DNA from: Takakia lepidozioides | Taxonomy: Eukaryota; Plantae; Bryophyta | Assembly (NCBI GenBank): GCA_030704615.1 | Contig: CM060731.1 | Coordinates: 43,462,001-43,526,000, forward strand | Direction: 5' to 3' | DNA length: 64,000 nt | Part shown: piece by piece, positions 25,293 to 39,143 of the stretch | Layout: every line of letters begins with the position of its first letter | How positions within the stretch are numbered: the first letter of the stretch is position 1 | The notes under the pieces: model-generated | What the model was told of the DNA's origin: nothing | Database searches by the model: none | The model's input: only the letters and a program-made list of their open reading frames with translations | Position numbers and translations under genes: made by a program

Positions 25293-27221
25293 ATGGGGAC
25301 CAGCGTGCAGTTTACAGCATTGAGCGGGGCGCATTCGGAGGCGCCTCTCTGCTACATGCTGCAGGTGGATGGATTTCGTTTTCTTCTGGATTGTGGCTGG
25401 ACCGATACTTTTGATCTCTCTCTCCTCCAGCCACTTGCCAAGTAAAGCCCTAAACCCTCAGTCCTAGACCCTAAACAGTTCCCCTAATCTTACTGTCGTA
25501 AATTTGCTGCAAATGAAGCTGAAAGAAAAAGAAAGAATACGATGCAACGTCACTTCTCGGGATTTTTTCTGGGCATGAGTACTGGAATTACGTTGTTGGC
25601 ATTTCTCGGGGAGGTATTCTGCCAGATTGTCACCATTGATGAAGTTTTGTTTGCCTGGGTCAATACAAGAACCATTGACCAACGTTTCGGCCTGGTTAGA
25701 CATGGGCTCAAGGTATTGCTTGAAGCCTATGCAGCCTAATGCAGCGTGCAAAGAAAACTACATCTCTATAGCATAGCTTCTCAGGTTTATACTTTCTTAT
25801 CCGATCCTTTAGTCCCACATTGCTGCTGGAAGTCAAGGTTTTCAGGACTTAAGCTATTGAAGTCGTGCTCTGCACTCTGCTGGCTATTAGTAACTTAATT
25901 TTCACTGGGTTGAAGAGCATAACTATCTTTCTTGATCGCCACTAGGCAGTCCATACCAGCACTCTCTACTCTGGCTGTACTATGTGCATTTGAGTATGAA
26001 TTCCGCTTAAGTTTGCACTACATGTACAAGGTTCACTCTCTTCCTACTTGGATCTACATGCAAGGATGTACTGAAGCCTGGATTTATAAGCAATGGGTGT
26101 TTGTGACTCTGGCAGTGTTGCCTCAACAATTGACGCAGTGCTATTAACGTACCCAGACACACTGCACTTGGGAGCATTGCCGTATGCGGTCTCAAAGCTT
26201 GGGCTTACAGCCACCATGTACTGCACATTGCCGGTGCACCACATGGGCCAAATGTACATGTATGATCACTACCTCTCCCGCCAGGTATGTGTGCATCATC
26301 ATCCAAACTCAACGCAGTTTGTAGGGACTGAGAACATCTTGAGGGCAGTGCTTGTATGTTGTCTTTGACTCAAATGAGAAGCTCTGAGGGAAATATGACA
26401 TCCTCCAATCTGTGGTGCTGAATAGAATGAGTAGATCATGAAGGGAAATCTCTCCCTCCCCCTGAACTTTTTGTGCAGACCTCAAGGGCAATAGACTAAA
26501 ATTTAAGCTCAGGGCGAGGAGTCTGCCTTCGAACAATAAACAGAACAATAAACAGATGCATTGAGGGAAGGGAGATTGTCTATGCCCGAGTGTGGGCAGC
26601 CTGAAGACAACGTCCATTTTTTGATACAATGTCTGGGGTATTCTCATCAAGGAGTCCTTCAGAACATGGTGCCTGCAGCTCTGTTCACCAACTTTCAAAA
26701 TCTCTAGGCTGAGCCTAAAGCTCTGGCCCTGCTGGGGTCTAACTGCTGGGCAGAGCACACACAGCAGATAAGCTCGTGTGAAGGGCTTTCTAGAGGAAAT
26801 CTGCAAAGCTCAAACAAATTGTTCATACCAAGGTAAGCCCAACTACTGGAGTAAGCCCCTCACAAAGGTAGTGTAGGTTTGTTCCATCCAGACCGGGTGT
26901 GGTCTATGGCCACAAGGGCTTCTGTAAACAATGTCTTATGAGTACACACTAAACAACCCTCTCCCAATCTGACACCATCTTTATCATTTAAGTTGGATTG
27001 TGCACCATTAGCTGCAGTGACTTGATGGTTAGACTCAGTAAGGGTGGTGGCACTTGTCTGTGGTCTTTCTCAGGCTGTATCAAATTTTGATTTATTCAGC
27101 CTCGATGATGTAGACACTGCCTTCGGCAACTCCATTCAGCTCAAATATTCTCAACATCTTCCCCTGGCAGGTGCTCAAATTTACTGCTCCTGCAATTTGG
27201 ATTGCCATTCAGGATTTGGGG

Positions 27222-27262
<41 letters not shown>

Positions 27263-29360
27263 GTAGTTTACCAACTTTGAAAGTCTCGAGGCTGATCCAA
27301 AAGCCCAGGCCCTCCTGAGGCCTAGTTTTTGGGCAAATCACACACAGCAGATTGATGCTTGTGTGAAGGGATTTCTAGAGGATATCTGGAAAACCCGGAT
27401 TAATTCTTTATATGGAGGTAAGTCTTACTACCAACGTCAGCCCCTGACAGAGGTAGGTTCTGTCCCTTTTGTTCCCGCTCAAACTGGGCGCGGGGTCAAT
27501 GGCCACAAGGCTACGGCAAACAACGTCTTATGAGTACAATCTCTCTGGTGTAGTTTTGTCTTTATCCACTTGTCGTCCTCATACTTTTTCCGCCAATTGG
27601 ATGATCAGATGGCTTCAAAGAGAAAGCTTTGACTGAAGACTGAAGTAGGAATCTGACTTCAGTAAGATTGTAGGACCTTCTTCATGCCAACCTGATTGTC
27701 AGGTTGTGGGAACTAAAAGGGACTTGGTCTCTACTTCCCATGCACCCAGTCTAGTGGTAAGCAGAAATTGTGTAAAGTATGATGAGGCCTTTTTCAGGCA
27801 GATGATTTCATTAAAATTCTTGACTGATTTTCTATGAATTAGTCCTATCCTGTCTTGACATGACAGTACTAATGTCTCTCTGTCATGTTACGTAGCACCT
27901 ACATGTTCGTCTGGTCAGATATGCTATGCTTTTGCAGCCCATTTGGGATTTGCAAGTTTGTTCTGTGTGTTAGTGCTAAGATGATTCCATTACTCTTTCA
28001 CTGCTACAGGGAAAGGCGAAGGAATTGTTATCACACCATATGCAGCTGGGCATCTATTAGGGGGCACAATGTGGAAAATCACAAAGGACACTGAGGAGAT
28101 TATCTATGCTGTTGATTTCAACCACCGGAAAGAGAGGTACTGAGAGTAGTAGGCTTTGTCCATTTCAAGGACTTCTATTGTTTGTTGTCTCTTGCGCTGA
28201 GAACACGGGACCGTTTCTTGTATTACTATATTTCTCCTAATTCCTATCAGAATCAATTTGTTACTTGGGAAACCATGGAAGGAAGGAAAATTTGGCCATC
28301 TGAGCGCTCCAGTGATCCATGTGGTTCAAGCTTTCAGACGAGAGGGGGTATGTTGGCTGTGTGTGAGCAGGCATCTGAATGGAACAGTTTTGGAGACATT
28401 TGTCCGACCAGCAGTGCTTATAACAGACGCATATAATGCTCTCAATAACCAGCCCCCACGCCGCCAACGAGACCAGGAATTTTTTGGTACCAATTTTATG
28501 TGAAATTTTGCTTTTCAATTAGACTTGATGTGGTGGTTGGTCTTCTGGTGTGGAGTGAAGGAGGTTAGGATCCCATGAGATTTTATTCTTCTGAAATGCA
28601 TAGGAGTCTGCTCTTTGACAAGTCTCTGTGACTGGATGCTTTTTTATTATGAATCTTGCCATGAATCTCTTGGCTTCCCCACTGCCACTTGAGTTGGCCT
28701 CCTCCCTCCCCATGGTCGTTGAATGCCACCACTGCGTAGTATTAGAGAATGTACTCTTAAGACGTTGTTGGCCGTAGCCTTGTGGCCATTGACCGCGCGC
28801 TCAGTTTGAGCGGAACACAAAGGGACAGAAACTACCTTTGTCATGGCTGACGCTGGTAGTATGACTTAGCTTGGAACAGACAATTGATCCGAGTTTTCCA
28901 GATATCATAGAAATCCCTTCAGGCCCCAAAAGGGCCTGGGCTTTTGGGCTCAGCCTTGAGACTTTCAAAGTTGGTAAACAAAGGTTCACGCATAATTCCC
29001 TTGATGGATTTGAAGAGGGCATCTCCCTCGTGAGAGTACCCAGGACAGTGAATCAGAAAGTGAATATTGTCTTCAGGTTGCCCACACAACGGGCAATTAC
29101 AATCCCCCTTTCCTCTCTGGATCTGTTTGCTGTTCAAAGGTAGGCTTCCCGCCCTGAGTTTAAATTTCAGTCTAGTGCTGAGGGTGGGTTAACCCTTGAA
29201 GTCATCCATGATGGCCTCTCCCATGTCACAGACTGGGAACAAGTTCAGGGAAGTTTTCTGCCTAACTTCATTTTCGTCAGACATTTGCCTGGCAACAGAC
29301 ATGGCTTTGGACACGAGAGAGATTGTACTCATAAGACGTTGTTTGCCGTAGCCTTGTGGA

Positions 29361-29408
<48 letters not shown>

Positions 29409-31917
29409 CTCATAAGACGTTGTTTGCCGTAGCCTTGTGGCCATTGACCCCGCGCCCAGTTTGAGCGGGAACAAAAGGGACAGAACCTACCTCTGTCAGG
29501 GGCTGACGTTGGTAGTAAGACTTACCTCCATATAAAGAATTAATCCGGGTTTTCCAGATATCCTCTAGAAATCCCTTCACACAAGCATCAATCTGCTGTG
29601 TGTGATTTGCCCAAAAACTAGGCCTCAGGAGGGCCTGGGATTTTGGCTCAGCCTCGAGACTTTCAAAGTTGGTAAACAGGGGTACAGGCACAATTCCCTT
29701 AATAGATTTGAAGAGAGCGTCTCTTTGGTGAGAGAACCCCGGACAGTGTATCAGAAAATGAATACTGTCTTCAGATTGCCCACACAACGGGCAATTGCAC
29801 TCTCCCTTTCCTCTCTGCTTCTGTTTGCTGTTCAAAGGTAGGCTTCCTGCCCTGAGTTTAAATTTCAGTCTAGTGCCGAGAGTGGGTAGACCCTTGAGGT
29901 CATCCAAGATGTCCTCCCCCATGTCACAGACTGGAAACAAGTTCAGGGAAGTTTTCTGCCTAACTTCATTTTCATCAGACAATCTCATGGCAACAGACAT
30001 GGCTGAGGACACTACAGCCTCTAAGTCAGATTTATCCAGCAGGGTCAAGACTTGCGGATCCAGGTCCAGGTCCTTGAGGATCTCTTCTACTCTCTTCTGC
30101 CAGGACTTAGCCTGTTTGACAGGGCGGTCCTGTTTCCAAGATATAGAGTCGATTAATTTAGGATATCTGGTGTTGGGCATATGTTGCAGCTGACCCCACC
30201 ATCTGACCTTGAATTCATCTCGTCGGGAGCTTAAGGACGGAATGCCAAACTCACCCCGAACAGCCACATTGGCTGTTTTGGAGCATGCTGACATACACTC
30301 CTTAAGCACCCCCACTTGAATGGATTCTAGAGACTTAGCCTGGTTGGAGTTATCAACCCATATAGCAGATCCGTACTCCAAGGCAGGTCTAATAACGCGA
30401 CAAAGCATCGTTTTCTTAACCTCAGAGTTGACCCCTCTGCAGTGGAAGATATGTGCATCCCAATTACAATTGGAGGAGAACTCAACGCCCAGGTAAGTGT
30501 AGGAAGGGAGGACCGGGATCTCTTGGCTACCCCACTGCCACTTAAGATCACTTCCTCCCTCTCCTCTGTCGTTGAGCTACCACTGCACATTTGCTGACAT
30601 TAGCCTCTAGCCCCCAAAGATCAAAGTATCTCTTCGCGCAATCAATCAACTCCTGGAGATTGGTTGTAGTCTCCCCTATGCCTGCGAAGTCATCCGCAAA
30701 CATAAGGGCTGGTATGGTGGTATCACCCACCCTTAACCCAAATCCCTCACTTTCCACATCCTCGAGGAGTTGATTGATGAAAACATTGAAGAGCAGAGGG
30801 GAGAGAGTACATCCTTGAGCTACACCTTGGTCTATGTCAAAGAAGTTGGACTTCTGTCCGTTAACAGTGACACAGCTTTTGGTGTGAGCATACAAGTTGT
30901 GGACAACTCTCCACATCTTTCCCTTGATCCCACAAGACCAGAGGCGGAACCATAGGCCATCCCTCCACACTGTGTCATAAGCCTTTTTGACATCCAGGAA
31001 AAAGACATAAGTGGGTTTCCCTTCTTTTTTCCTTCCCTGGATAATCTGGCGTAGAGTGAAGATATGATCCACACAGCCCCTGTTTCGCCGAAAGCCAGCT
31101 TGGCCTTTGTGGAAACAACCTCTGGACTCCAGATCAACCTCGAGACGAGTACTTATAACTCTGCAGAATGTCTTGCCAACAGCATTGAGGAGCGTGATGC
31201 CACGGTAGTTCCCCGGTTCTTCTCTGTCACCCTTCTTGTATAGATTGACAATGACCCCCTGTCGCCAGCGAAAGGGGATCATTTCAGTCTTCCAGATAAG
31301 GTTAAAGAGGAGAACTAGGGCCTCTATCATGGGATCGCCACCGTGCTTGATAAGCTCGTTGACAATACCATCAGGTCCACCAGCTTTATATCCATTTAAA
31401 TGTTCAATTGCTTCCACAATCTCAGAAGAACTAATGGGAGCATTATAAGCCATTGAAATATACTCCAGTTCATCAGGGCTGTTTTGAATCATAGGAACAG
31501 TATTTCCAACTGTGTCCCTCCATTCAGCAGAAGACCCCTCACTGTTAGACCTAGAAGTTCTGCCAAGGATACTGTAGTGAGTTTCAAAGGTTTTGACAAT
31601 GTCAACCGATGAAGTCACCACTGCACCTTTAGTAGTCTTCAGCGCTTGTACTTGCTGACCGTTTTTCGGTTTGTACAAACGATGAAGGGCCAACCAGAAT
31701 TTCTTGTCATTACCACCATGGTGGTTTGAGTTTATTTCACTGTATAACTTGTCCCAGTATAATTTCTTCTGAGACCTAACAAGCTGATTGATATCTTTAC
31801 GGAGCTGGTAGTACCTCGCCCACAATTCTCTGTTGGTTTCCAAATTGCAGCACTCTTTATAGAGGGCTTGTGTCTCAGCTATCTTGAGTTTAATCTCATT
31901 AGTCCACCAATTAACTT

Positions 31918-31954
<37 letters not shown>

Positions 31955-34900
31955 ATCACAGTTTAAGCGGGGACCCATCAAGCTTAAGTTTCTAGGCTGC
32001 ACACTGTTTCTTTCCCAAGTTCAATAGTGGAGGTGTGCTGCGCAGATATAATAATTAAGGTGCTTCGTGCGGATGGCAATGTGTTGTTGCCAGTGGAGTC
32101 AGCAGGACGTGTGTTGGAGCTCATCCTTCACTTGGAGCATGTATGTTTCTCACTATAATATGCTGAAAACACTTCAACTCATTCGTTCTAAGCTAGAGAG
32201 TATACATGTTTAAACTCTTCAGCCTTTTGCATCAACACATATCCAGTATGATGAGATCACTGGCAGCAAGCACAGAACATCTTTCAGCTTCTGTAACCTA
32301 AGCCACTCTTTTCAACTCCTCAGATCAATATTTTCAAGCTGATATCATGTCCTTCCAAGTTCGAAAATATTGCATGAGAAACTCTCATGGTATTTCCTTT
32401 GCAAATTATCCAAGAGATTTGGAGGTCATTGAAATGAGTCAAGTCTTATGAAAGAATCCCTTGCTGTTGCTAATACACTGTTTGCTTTTGGTTGGATTCT
32501 CACTATCCCCTCTCCCTCTGTTTGTCAGTCTGGTGTTTTGCATACTTTGAATTCCAAAACTATGTCTTGGCTGAGTATTCCCATGTTGACACAAGCTCCA
32601 CCCTCGGATGGAAAGTAAAGTCAGTGGAGAGTTATAGCAGCTGGTCGTGTTATGAAAGTGCTGTTACTCTTAAGAGTGACTTTCCAGGTATAGACAGCAT
32701 TCTTTCTGGTTTCCTCCCTGTTTTTGTGGTTTCTTCTTCTCTGTGATTTTACGTGATGTTTTCCCCTGGTGCCTCTGTTTTCATTGGGGAAAGCGCAATC
32801 TCATTTTATCTGTGGTTACCTTTCATATGTTAGTTCAGGGTTTACTAGGCTCAGAGAGAGATATATGTTTGCTGTAAAAATTTGCTTTAATTAGTTGCTG
32901 CCTTTGTGGCCATCTCTAGTTGGTTGTAAATAAGGAGACTACAAGGTGGCAGATTGGCTTTTTAAAAAACTTTTAAGGACATTGAAATGCCGCATCTGTG
33001 CAGTATTGGTCATACCATGGATTAAAATACACCATGGCCTTTCTTACCAATTTCGCCCATAGCACTGTGGAGTTTGCCAAGAGCTTGTTGGAGTGGATGA
33101 GTGATGCTATAGCCAAATCCTTTGAGAGCTCAAGAGAAAATTCATTCCTTCTCAAGTAATGATTTCACACATGTTAACCCTTCAACTTCTGCTGTACCTT
33201 CATTGTAGATGAATGTTCCATCTCTAGTCTGTGGCAATGTTTTGCTTTGTGCTGTTCAAGGGGAATATCCTGAATGAGATCTGGATAAGCTTACAATTAA
33301 TCATTCAGGTGACTTAGTGGAAAACCTCGGGAATAATTGATTCGACATGCGTCTTGGCTTTACGGGGGTCTGTAGGCACCTCACTTTGTGCCACAATCGG
33401 AAGGATTTCGATGAATTACGAGCAGGTCCCAAGGTGAATCTCTATTCTTTTGTTTTGACCAGTTCTCTTGCATTTTGAGTAAAAAGATGTCACATGACTA
33501 CACATCACTTTATAGGAGTCTCCTCATATACCCCAAAAGCATGCTATATCATTTTCTGTTGGGTTTATCTGTGGAGGAGCAGAGCCAAGGCACTTGTCTT
33601 CAGGCAAGTCTGGTGTCTTTCCATGTTGGTTTCTCATTGTTCTACTTTCTCCAATGTGCCCTAGGGCTTTTGTGGATGTATAAAATGTCTTTCTTCTGTC
33701 TTTGGGCCTCCTATGGATGTTATGAATTTTTCCTTCTCTCTGTTTCTCTTTTGCTCTCTCTCTTCTTGAGAGGAAAATAGTCTTCCCGCTATCAGAAAAC
33801 TTTTCACAAATACCTCATAGTCAAAGAGCCAAGAAATGCTGAAGGAAATAAAAGAGGCCAAGTCCGAGAACCATCTTGAAGCACATGACACCTCCAGATA
33901 AAAAATGTGAACATGCTCGCAAAGGAAACAACATGAAGACAAGCCGGTTGCTATTTCTCTATCACACACAACCATCATGCTCTATTCTGGGATGTGTCTC
34001 CTGTAACCAGAATTACTATGATTAGACCTTATTAGAGAGAAAAAGGAAAAGTGAGCTTCTGGATGGACTGAACCTCAATTGATCTCTACCCTAAGGCACT
34101 AACACCAGAGAATCATGAGGATGGGCTCTGTGCAGGTCGTATTTGCATCCATGGCTAGCTTGGAGGCAGGCTTTGCTCGGGAGCTATTTGCAGACTGGGC
34201 AACAGACTCAAGAAATCTTGTACTCTTCACTGAGCGGGGTCAGGTATACAAGTAGTTCGAGGGTTGGACTTGGCACTACTTGCCCTTAAATTCCCATCAT
34301 CAATAGCAGTAGTACATTGTAATTTTCTGATGGTTTGCGAGGTATTCATCATGAACTGTCTTGACTTCATTTCACTGACCCCATTATTGTTTATACAGAT
34401 GGGAACACTTGCACGTAAGTTACAAGCTGAGCCACCCCCAAAAGCAGTGAAAGTTATCATGAGCCAGAAAATTCCTCTGACTGGTGAGGAGCTCAAAATC
34501 TATGAGGAAGAACAAAGGCAGCTTGAAGATGAGGCCCACCAGCCTAGCATGCCTGTGGAAGCTGAGGGCACTCCGTCCCCTCGGGTTATGGCTGGGACTG
34601 GCCCTCTTGCTTTGATAACTGTGGAACCTGGAGGCGGTGATCCGTTTACTGCTGAAGGTACGTGCTGCAGAAGCCACTGAAGTAAACATGATGCTCAATC
34701 TTGTATGTGGTATGGATACTTCATTTCTTGGAGAGTTAGCAGCAATCCATTATAACACAAGAAGTTAAGGTGATAGGAGTTTTGGGTCCTCTCTACTGGT
34801 GGGGCAGGTTGATATGATAGAGGGACAAGAAGATGCTTTCTTCATCTTCATATTTGAATGGAGTCCAATCAATCTAGCAGAATCGGACAAATAACTCAAT

Positions 34901-37900
34901 TCACTAAACCACACTTCCACGTAAGCATGCTATATGAAAGGCTTAGACACAGGAAGATCACAGGCAGGCATTCTGTATCCTAATGATGGTTTTCCATGTC
35001 AGTCCTGCAGCTCCACATGCACCTTGATTGTAATATGATTGTGATTGCAGGAGCAATTGTTACAGGTGGTTCCATTGCACAGCGCCAACTGCTTATTGAT
35101 GGCTTTACGGCTTCAGACAAGACGGTGGCCCCTATGTTCCCATACTATGAGAATACGAGTGAGTGGGATGAATATGGGGAGCTCATTAATCCTGATGAGT
35201 ATGTTGTGAAAGATGCAGAGTTGATGGACTACGTCAACTCTCAGCCGGTCTCTCTCATTTCCTTTCTTGTGTCTGGAGTCGATTTTCATTTTATGGTTCT
35301 CAAGTATTTTCTTGGAGTGTTCAAATGTACTTCAATGTGATAAAGATTACAGTGACTTAGTGCCTGAGGTATCCATCATCAGAGCAGCCAGTTTGATCTG
35401 AACATCTGATCATGATTGTGAAATAGGTGAATCTCTATGATGCATGTGTTGCAGACACAAGTAACCACCGAGGAAGAAAAAGCAGACCCAGAGGCCGAGG
35501 AGATGCTTCTGGCTGAAAAACCTTCAAAAGTTGTCATGATGGAGAGGACAGTAAGTCTCACTTTGATTTCTCTGAAGATTTTACTTCTTTTTTGGTCAGA
35601 TGTTGCTACTTATATCGCATGAAAAGCTGACCAGGTTTGGTGTCAAGTTTATGTTCTATTGTTAGTAGCTGTTTCTAGCATGTGTGAAAGGTGCCGTGGA
35701 GATGGTATTTGGAATGTCCTCACACTCGACAGTCTAGACACCACCTTGGCAGTGAAATGCCCAGTGGAAGCTGCACTGAGAGTAGTCAATGCTTAGCTAA
35801 TCAGCATCCAACAAGAAAAAACATAGTTTTTGGGAAGTTTACCAGGATTCACGTATGAGCTGGAGGACTGCAGGTGCAAGTGAAATGTGCATTGCAATAT
35901 ATGGACTTTGAGGGACGCTCCGATGGCCGCTCCATCAAAAATATACTGGCACACGTGGCTCCTCTTAAACTTGTATGCTCTCTACAGGCAGACTCGAATT
36001 GGTGCTTAGCTTCATTCCTACTTCACTGCAATTGTAGAGCATTCAGTTTTTCTGCTGCGGTGTTTTCCAACTATGTGTTCTTTCTCAGAAGGTTGCAAGG
36101 GTTGCTGAGGATATTTTGGTAACACGAGACCATGCCAACTCATATTATCAGAACCTTAGAGACCATAAATGAAGGAGGATGATGCTCTTAAGTGCAAGTT
36201 TCACCATATTTACAGATGCAGAGAAGAGCATTGCTGTGGCACATTGGGGTGTAAAATAGTGTTCCAACTTGCAAGATTAAGCTCAAATTCAGGTGGTCCG
36301 AGATAAGGATCAGCCTGTTTGTAAGAGTTTACCTGGAGTGACTGTGATATCACTGGTTGGTTTGTTTTAGTTCAAATCCTTGGCGCAAAAGTAATGAAAT
36401 TGCTGGGTGTAGGTGCTCATACATGGGTCAGCAGAGTCCACAGAACATTTGAGGCAGCACTGCATGAAGAACGTATGTCAATTTGTGTACGCACCTCGCA
36501 TTGGCGAGTCAGTCGATGTTACATCCGACCTTAGTGCATACAAGGTAAAACCAGCTCCATGACCCATAGCCACACCTGCTCTGCAGGTAGGGACTAAGAT
36601 ATTGGGCATATTGGGCACTGGGACCAGTTTTAGCTGCAGTGTTTTTCCTCTTACTTATAATTTGGCTAGTGAGACGCAATGTGGCCTATCAGAGCTTCTG
36701 CATATTTGCTATGTGATGCTCTGAAAAACGCTGCATAGTTCAATCTACACATATAAGGGTGTGAACTGGATCTTATCTCTCTCTACATATAGGTTAGACT
36801 GATTTGAAGTAGGTTTTGTCTCTGACTCCTACTGCTCTGTGATCCATGAAATTTATGCAGGTTCGACTTACAGAGCGGCTTATGAGCAATGTGTTATTCA
36901 GAAAGGTAGGTGCACATGCTCTTTGTATACTAGAATTGCAAGTGGGACAGAGACAGGAAGCCACTGATAGCAAAAGCAGGTGTGGGCCATTCGGTTGAAA
37001 GAAAGAATCTTGATTTTCTCTACTGTATGTGGAATTGATCAATCACTGTGTTGGTTACCTGTAGAGGTCACAGTAGAGCTACAAGCTATTTACATTTACA
37101 CTTGCCTATGTCAAGTGTTTCCACTAGAGTCTGAAGTGTGGTTGTTGGGGACAGCTAGGGGATTACGAGCTAGCTTGGGTGGATGGTGAAGTGGGCAGCC
37201 CAGAAGATGAGATTCTACCCCTCCTTCCTCTTTCACAAGTACCCCCTCCACACAAAGCCGTTTTTGTGGGTGACTTGCGGCTTGCTGACTTCAAGCAACT
37301 CTTGGCCACCAAGGGTGTCCAGGTGTGCCTCTTCCACTCTCAGAAGCTTGTCACAATCCACCATTCTGATTTCAGTGAAAATTTGTGGTTGCTCTGTTCG
37401 CATGCATTGAGGATTAGGTTTGGCACTTCCCAGTTTACCTTTTCAAGGATCAGTCCCCTTGTGAATGAACTGTGGGACAGCTCCCTCGCAAAGTCTGATC
37501 ACATCTGGGGGCATTTCACAGGCCGAATTTGCCGGGGGGGTTCTACGATGTGGTGATGCATTTGCTGTTCGGAAGGTGAGAGACACGTAAATCCCAGCAG
37601 CACGTGCTAGCATTTGTCATTACAGATAGGAATGCATGCATGTGCTAACAGGGCAGAAAGATAGACAGTCTCATTGCTCATTCTGTACTGACATTGGGCA
37701 CAATTTCCTTAAGGGAGGCAGTCTTTATGGAATACCTGGAGCCAATTGCAGGGTCTCAGCCCACGTCTATAAAACTCAGCATTGCAAACAGCCAGCAGAC
37801 AATCCCATCAGATAGGATTGGAAGTGAGTGAATCACCTATCTCCTAGCATTGAAATCATGTTGATTCAAGCACTTCCTTCTCTAGGCCTTAGCTTGCTAT

Positions 37901-39143
37901 GGTCAGAGAGACAATGTACTCATAAGACGTAGTTTGCCATAGCCTTGTGGTCCTAGACCCTGCACCCAGTTTGGGCGAAACAAAAGGGAACAGACACTGC
38001 CTTTCTGAGGGGCTCACTCCAGTAGTTGGACTTACCTTGATATAAAACCCTTCACATAAGCATCAATCTGCTGTATGTGATCTGCCCAGCAGTTAGACTC
38101 CAAGGGGACTAGGGCTTTAGGCTCACCCTCGAGATTTTGAAAGTTGGTGAACAAGAGGTGGAAGAACTATGTTCTTGATGGTCCTGAAGAGGGTTGCTCT
38201 CTGGTGAGAATTCCCCAGACAGCGTATCCGAAAAAACAGATATTGTCTTCAGGCTATACCCGCACACAGTCTCCCTTTCCTCTCTGCATCTGTTTATTGT
38301 TCAAAGGTAGACAGCGGCCCTGCGTTTAAATTTCAGTCTAGCGCTGAGGATAGGTAGGCCCCTCAGATCATCCTTCAGGTCCTCAAATGAGTAAACATAC
38401 ATCCACCACATAAAATGCGTTGACAGGCCAACCAAAGCCCTACACAGGAATGGTAGCAAACAAACTAACCTACCTCTCTCTCCCTCTCTCCTATCAATGC
38501 TAATCAATCTCTAGAATCCATGTCAGGTTGCGGTGCTCAAAGAAAGCATGTCGGTGTGTTCTAGAACAGCTAATGTGGCTGTTCAGGGAGAGATTGGCAT
38601 ATCTCCCTTAAGCTCTCGACGTGATGTTCACGGTCAAATGGTGGGGTCAGTTGAATCACATGTCTACTACCAGATACCCTAAGATAATCGACCCTATTTC
38701 CGGAAGCAAGATCGTCCTGTTAAACAGGCTAAGTCTTTGTGGAAAAGGGTGGAAGAGACTTTCAAGTATCTGAATGTTAATCCAGGAGAATTGACCCTAC
38801 TGGATGAAGCTGACCAGGTCCAAAACCATCTCTGATGCCCAAAGACTGTCCCTAAACCCTACACTCAACAAAGTTAGGCATAAAACTTCCCTGAACTTGT
38901 TTCCAGTCTGTGACATGGGTTTTGAGGCCATTCAGAGATCTTCGCCACTTTCCCCAATAAGACAGAGGTGATTGAGATGGAGGTTCAGTCCACCATGTGT
39001 CTTTTACACGATGTGGGGCACTAATGGGCTTGAAACTGATGTGGCAGCAGAGTGGAAGTCAACAATTGGTGATTGAGGGCCCATTGTCAGAAGAATACTA
39101 CAAATTACGGGAGTTGTTGTATTCGCAATTTTATATGCTTTAG
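25293..39143 (+). CDS. CPSF2: Cleavage and polyadenylation specificity factor subunit 2 (CPSF100); about 18 exons: 25293-25441, 26116-26284, 27074-27170, 28010-28136, 28371-28486, 32046-32140, 33004-33155, 33376-33433, 34136-34243, 34399-34657, 35051-35247, 35455-35550, 35874-35972, 36413-36544, 36861-36905, 37155-37322, 37522-37576, 39051-39143 (edges may be off by a base or two)
   Basis: MGTSVQF..FLLDCGW; [20 protein letters not shown]; [15 protein letters not shown]; [13 protein letters not shown]; [13 protein letters not shown]; [27 protein letters not shown]; GT-AG boundaries. Confidence 0.96.
26470..26947 (+). mobile_element. Old 3' fragment of the intronic LINE family
   Basis: Homologous to 29400-29900; ends ...aacaatgtcttatgagtaca. 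Confidence 0.8.
27270..27546 (+). mobile_element. Young 5'-truncated LINE copy with TSD at a (CT)n tract
   Basis: Near-identical to reverse complement of 29402-29675; tctctctggtgtagttt on both sides. Confidence 0.9.
28750..29310 (-). mobile_element. Older, internally deleted 3' LINE copy
   Basis: [18 protein letters not shown] and [11 protein letters not shown]. Confidence 0.85.
29402..31918 (-). mobile_element. 5'-truncated non-LTR retrotransposon (RTE-X-like, tentative): RT plus C-terminal CCHC finger, flanked by (GA)n
   Basis: [71 protein letters not shown]; frameshift near 30575. Confidence 0.92.
37905..38920. mobile_element. Old rearranged fragments of the same LINE (minus 37905-38385, plus 38500-38920)
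   Basis: Homology to 29400-30330. Confidence 0.75.
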
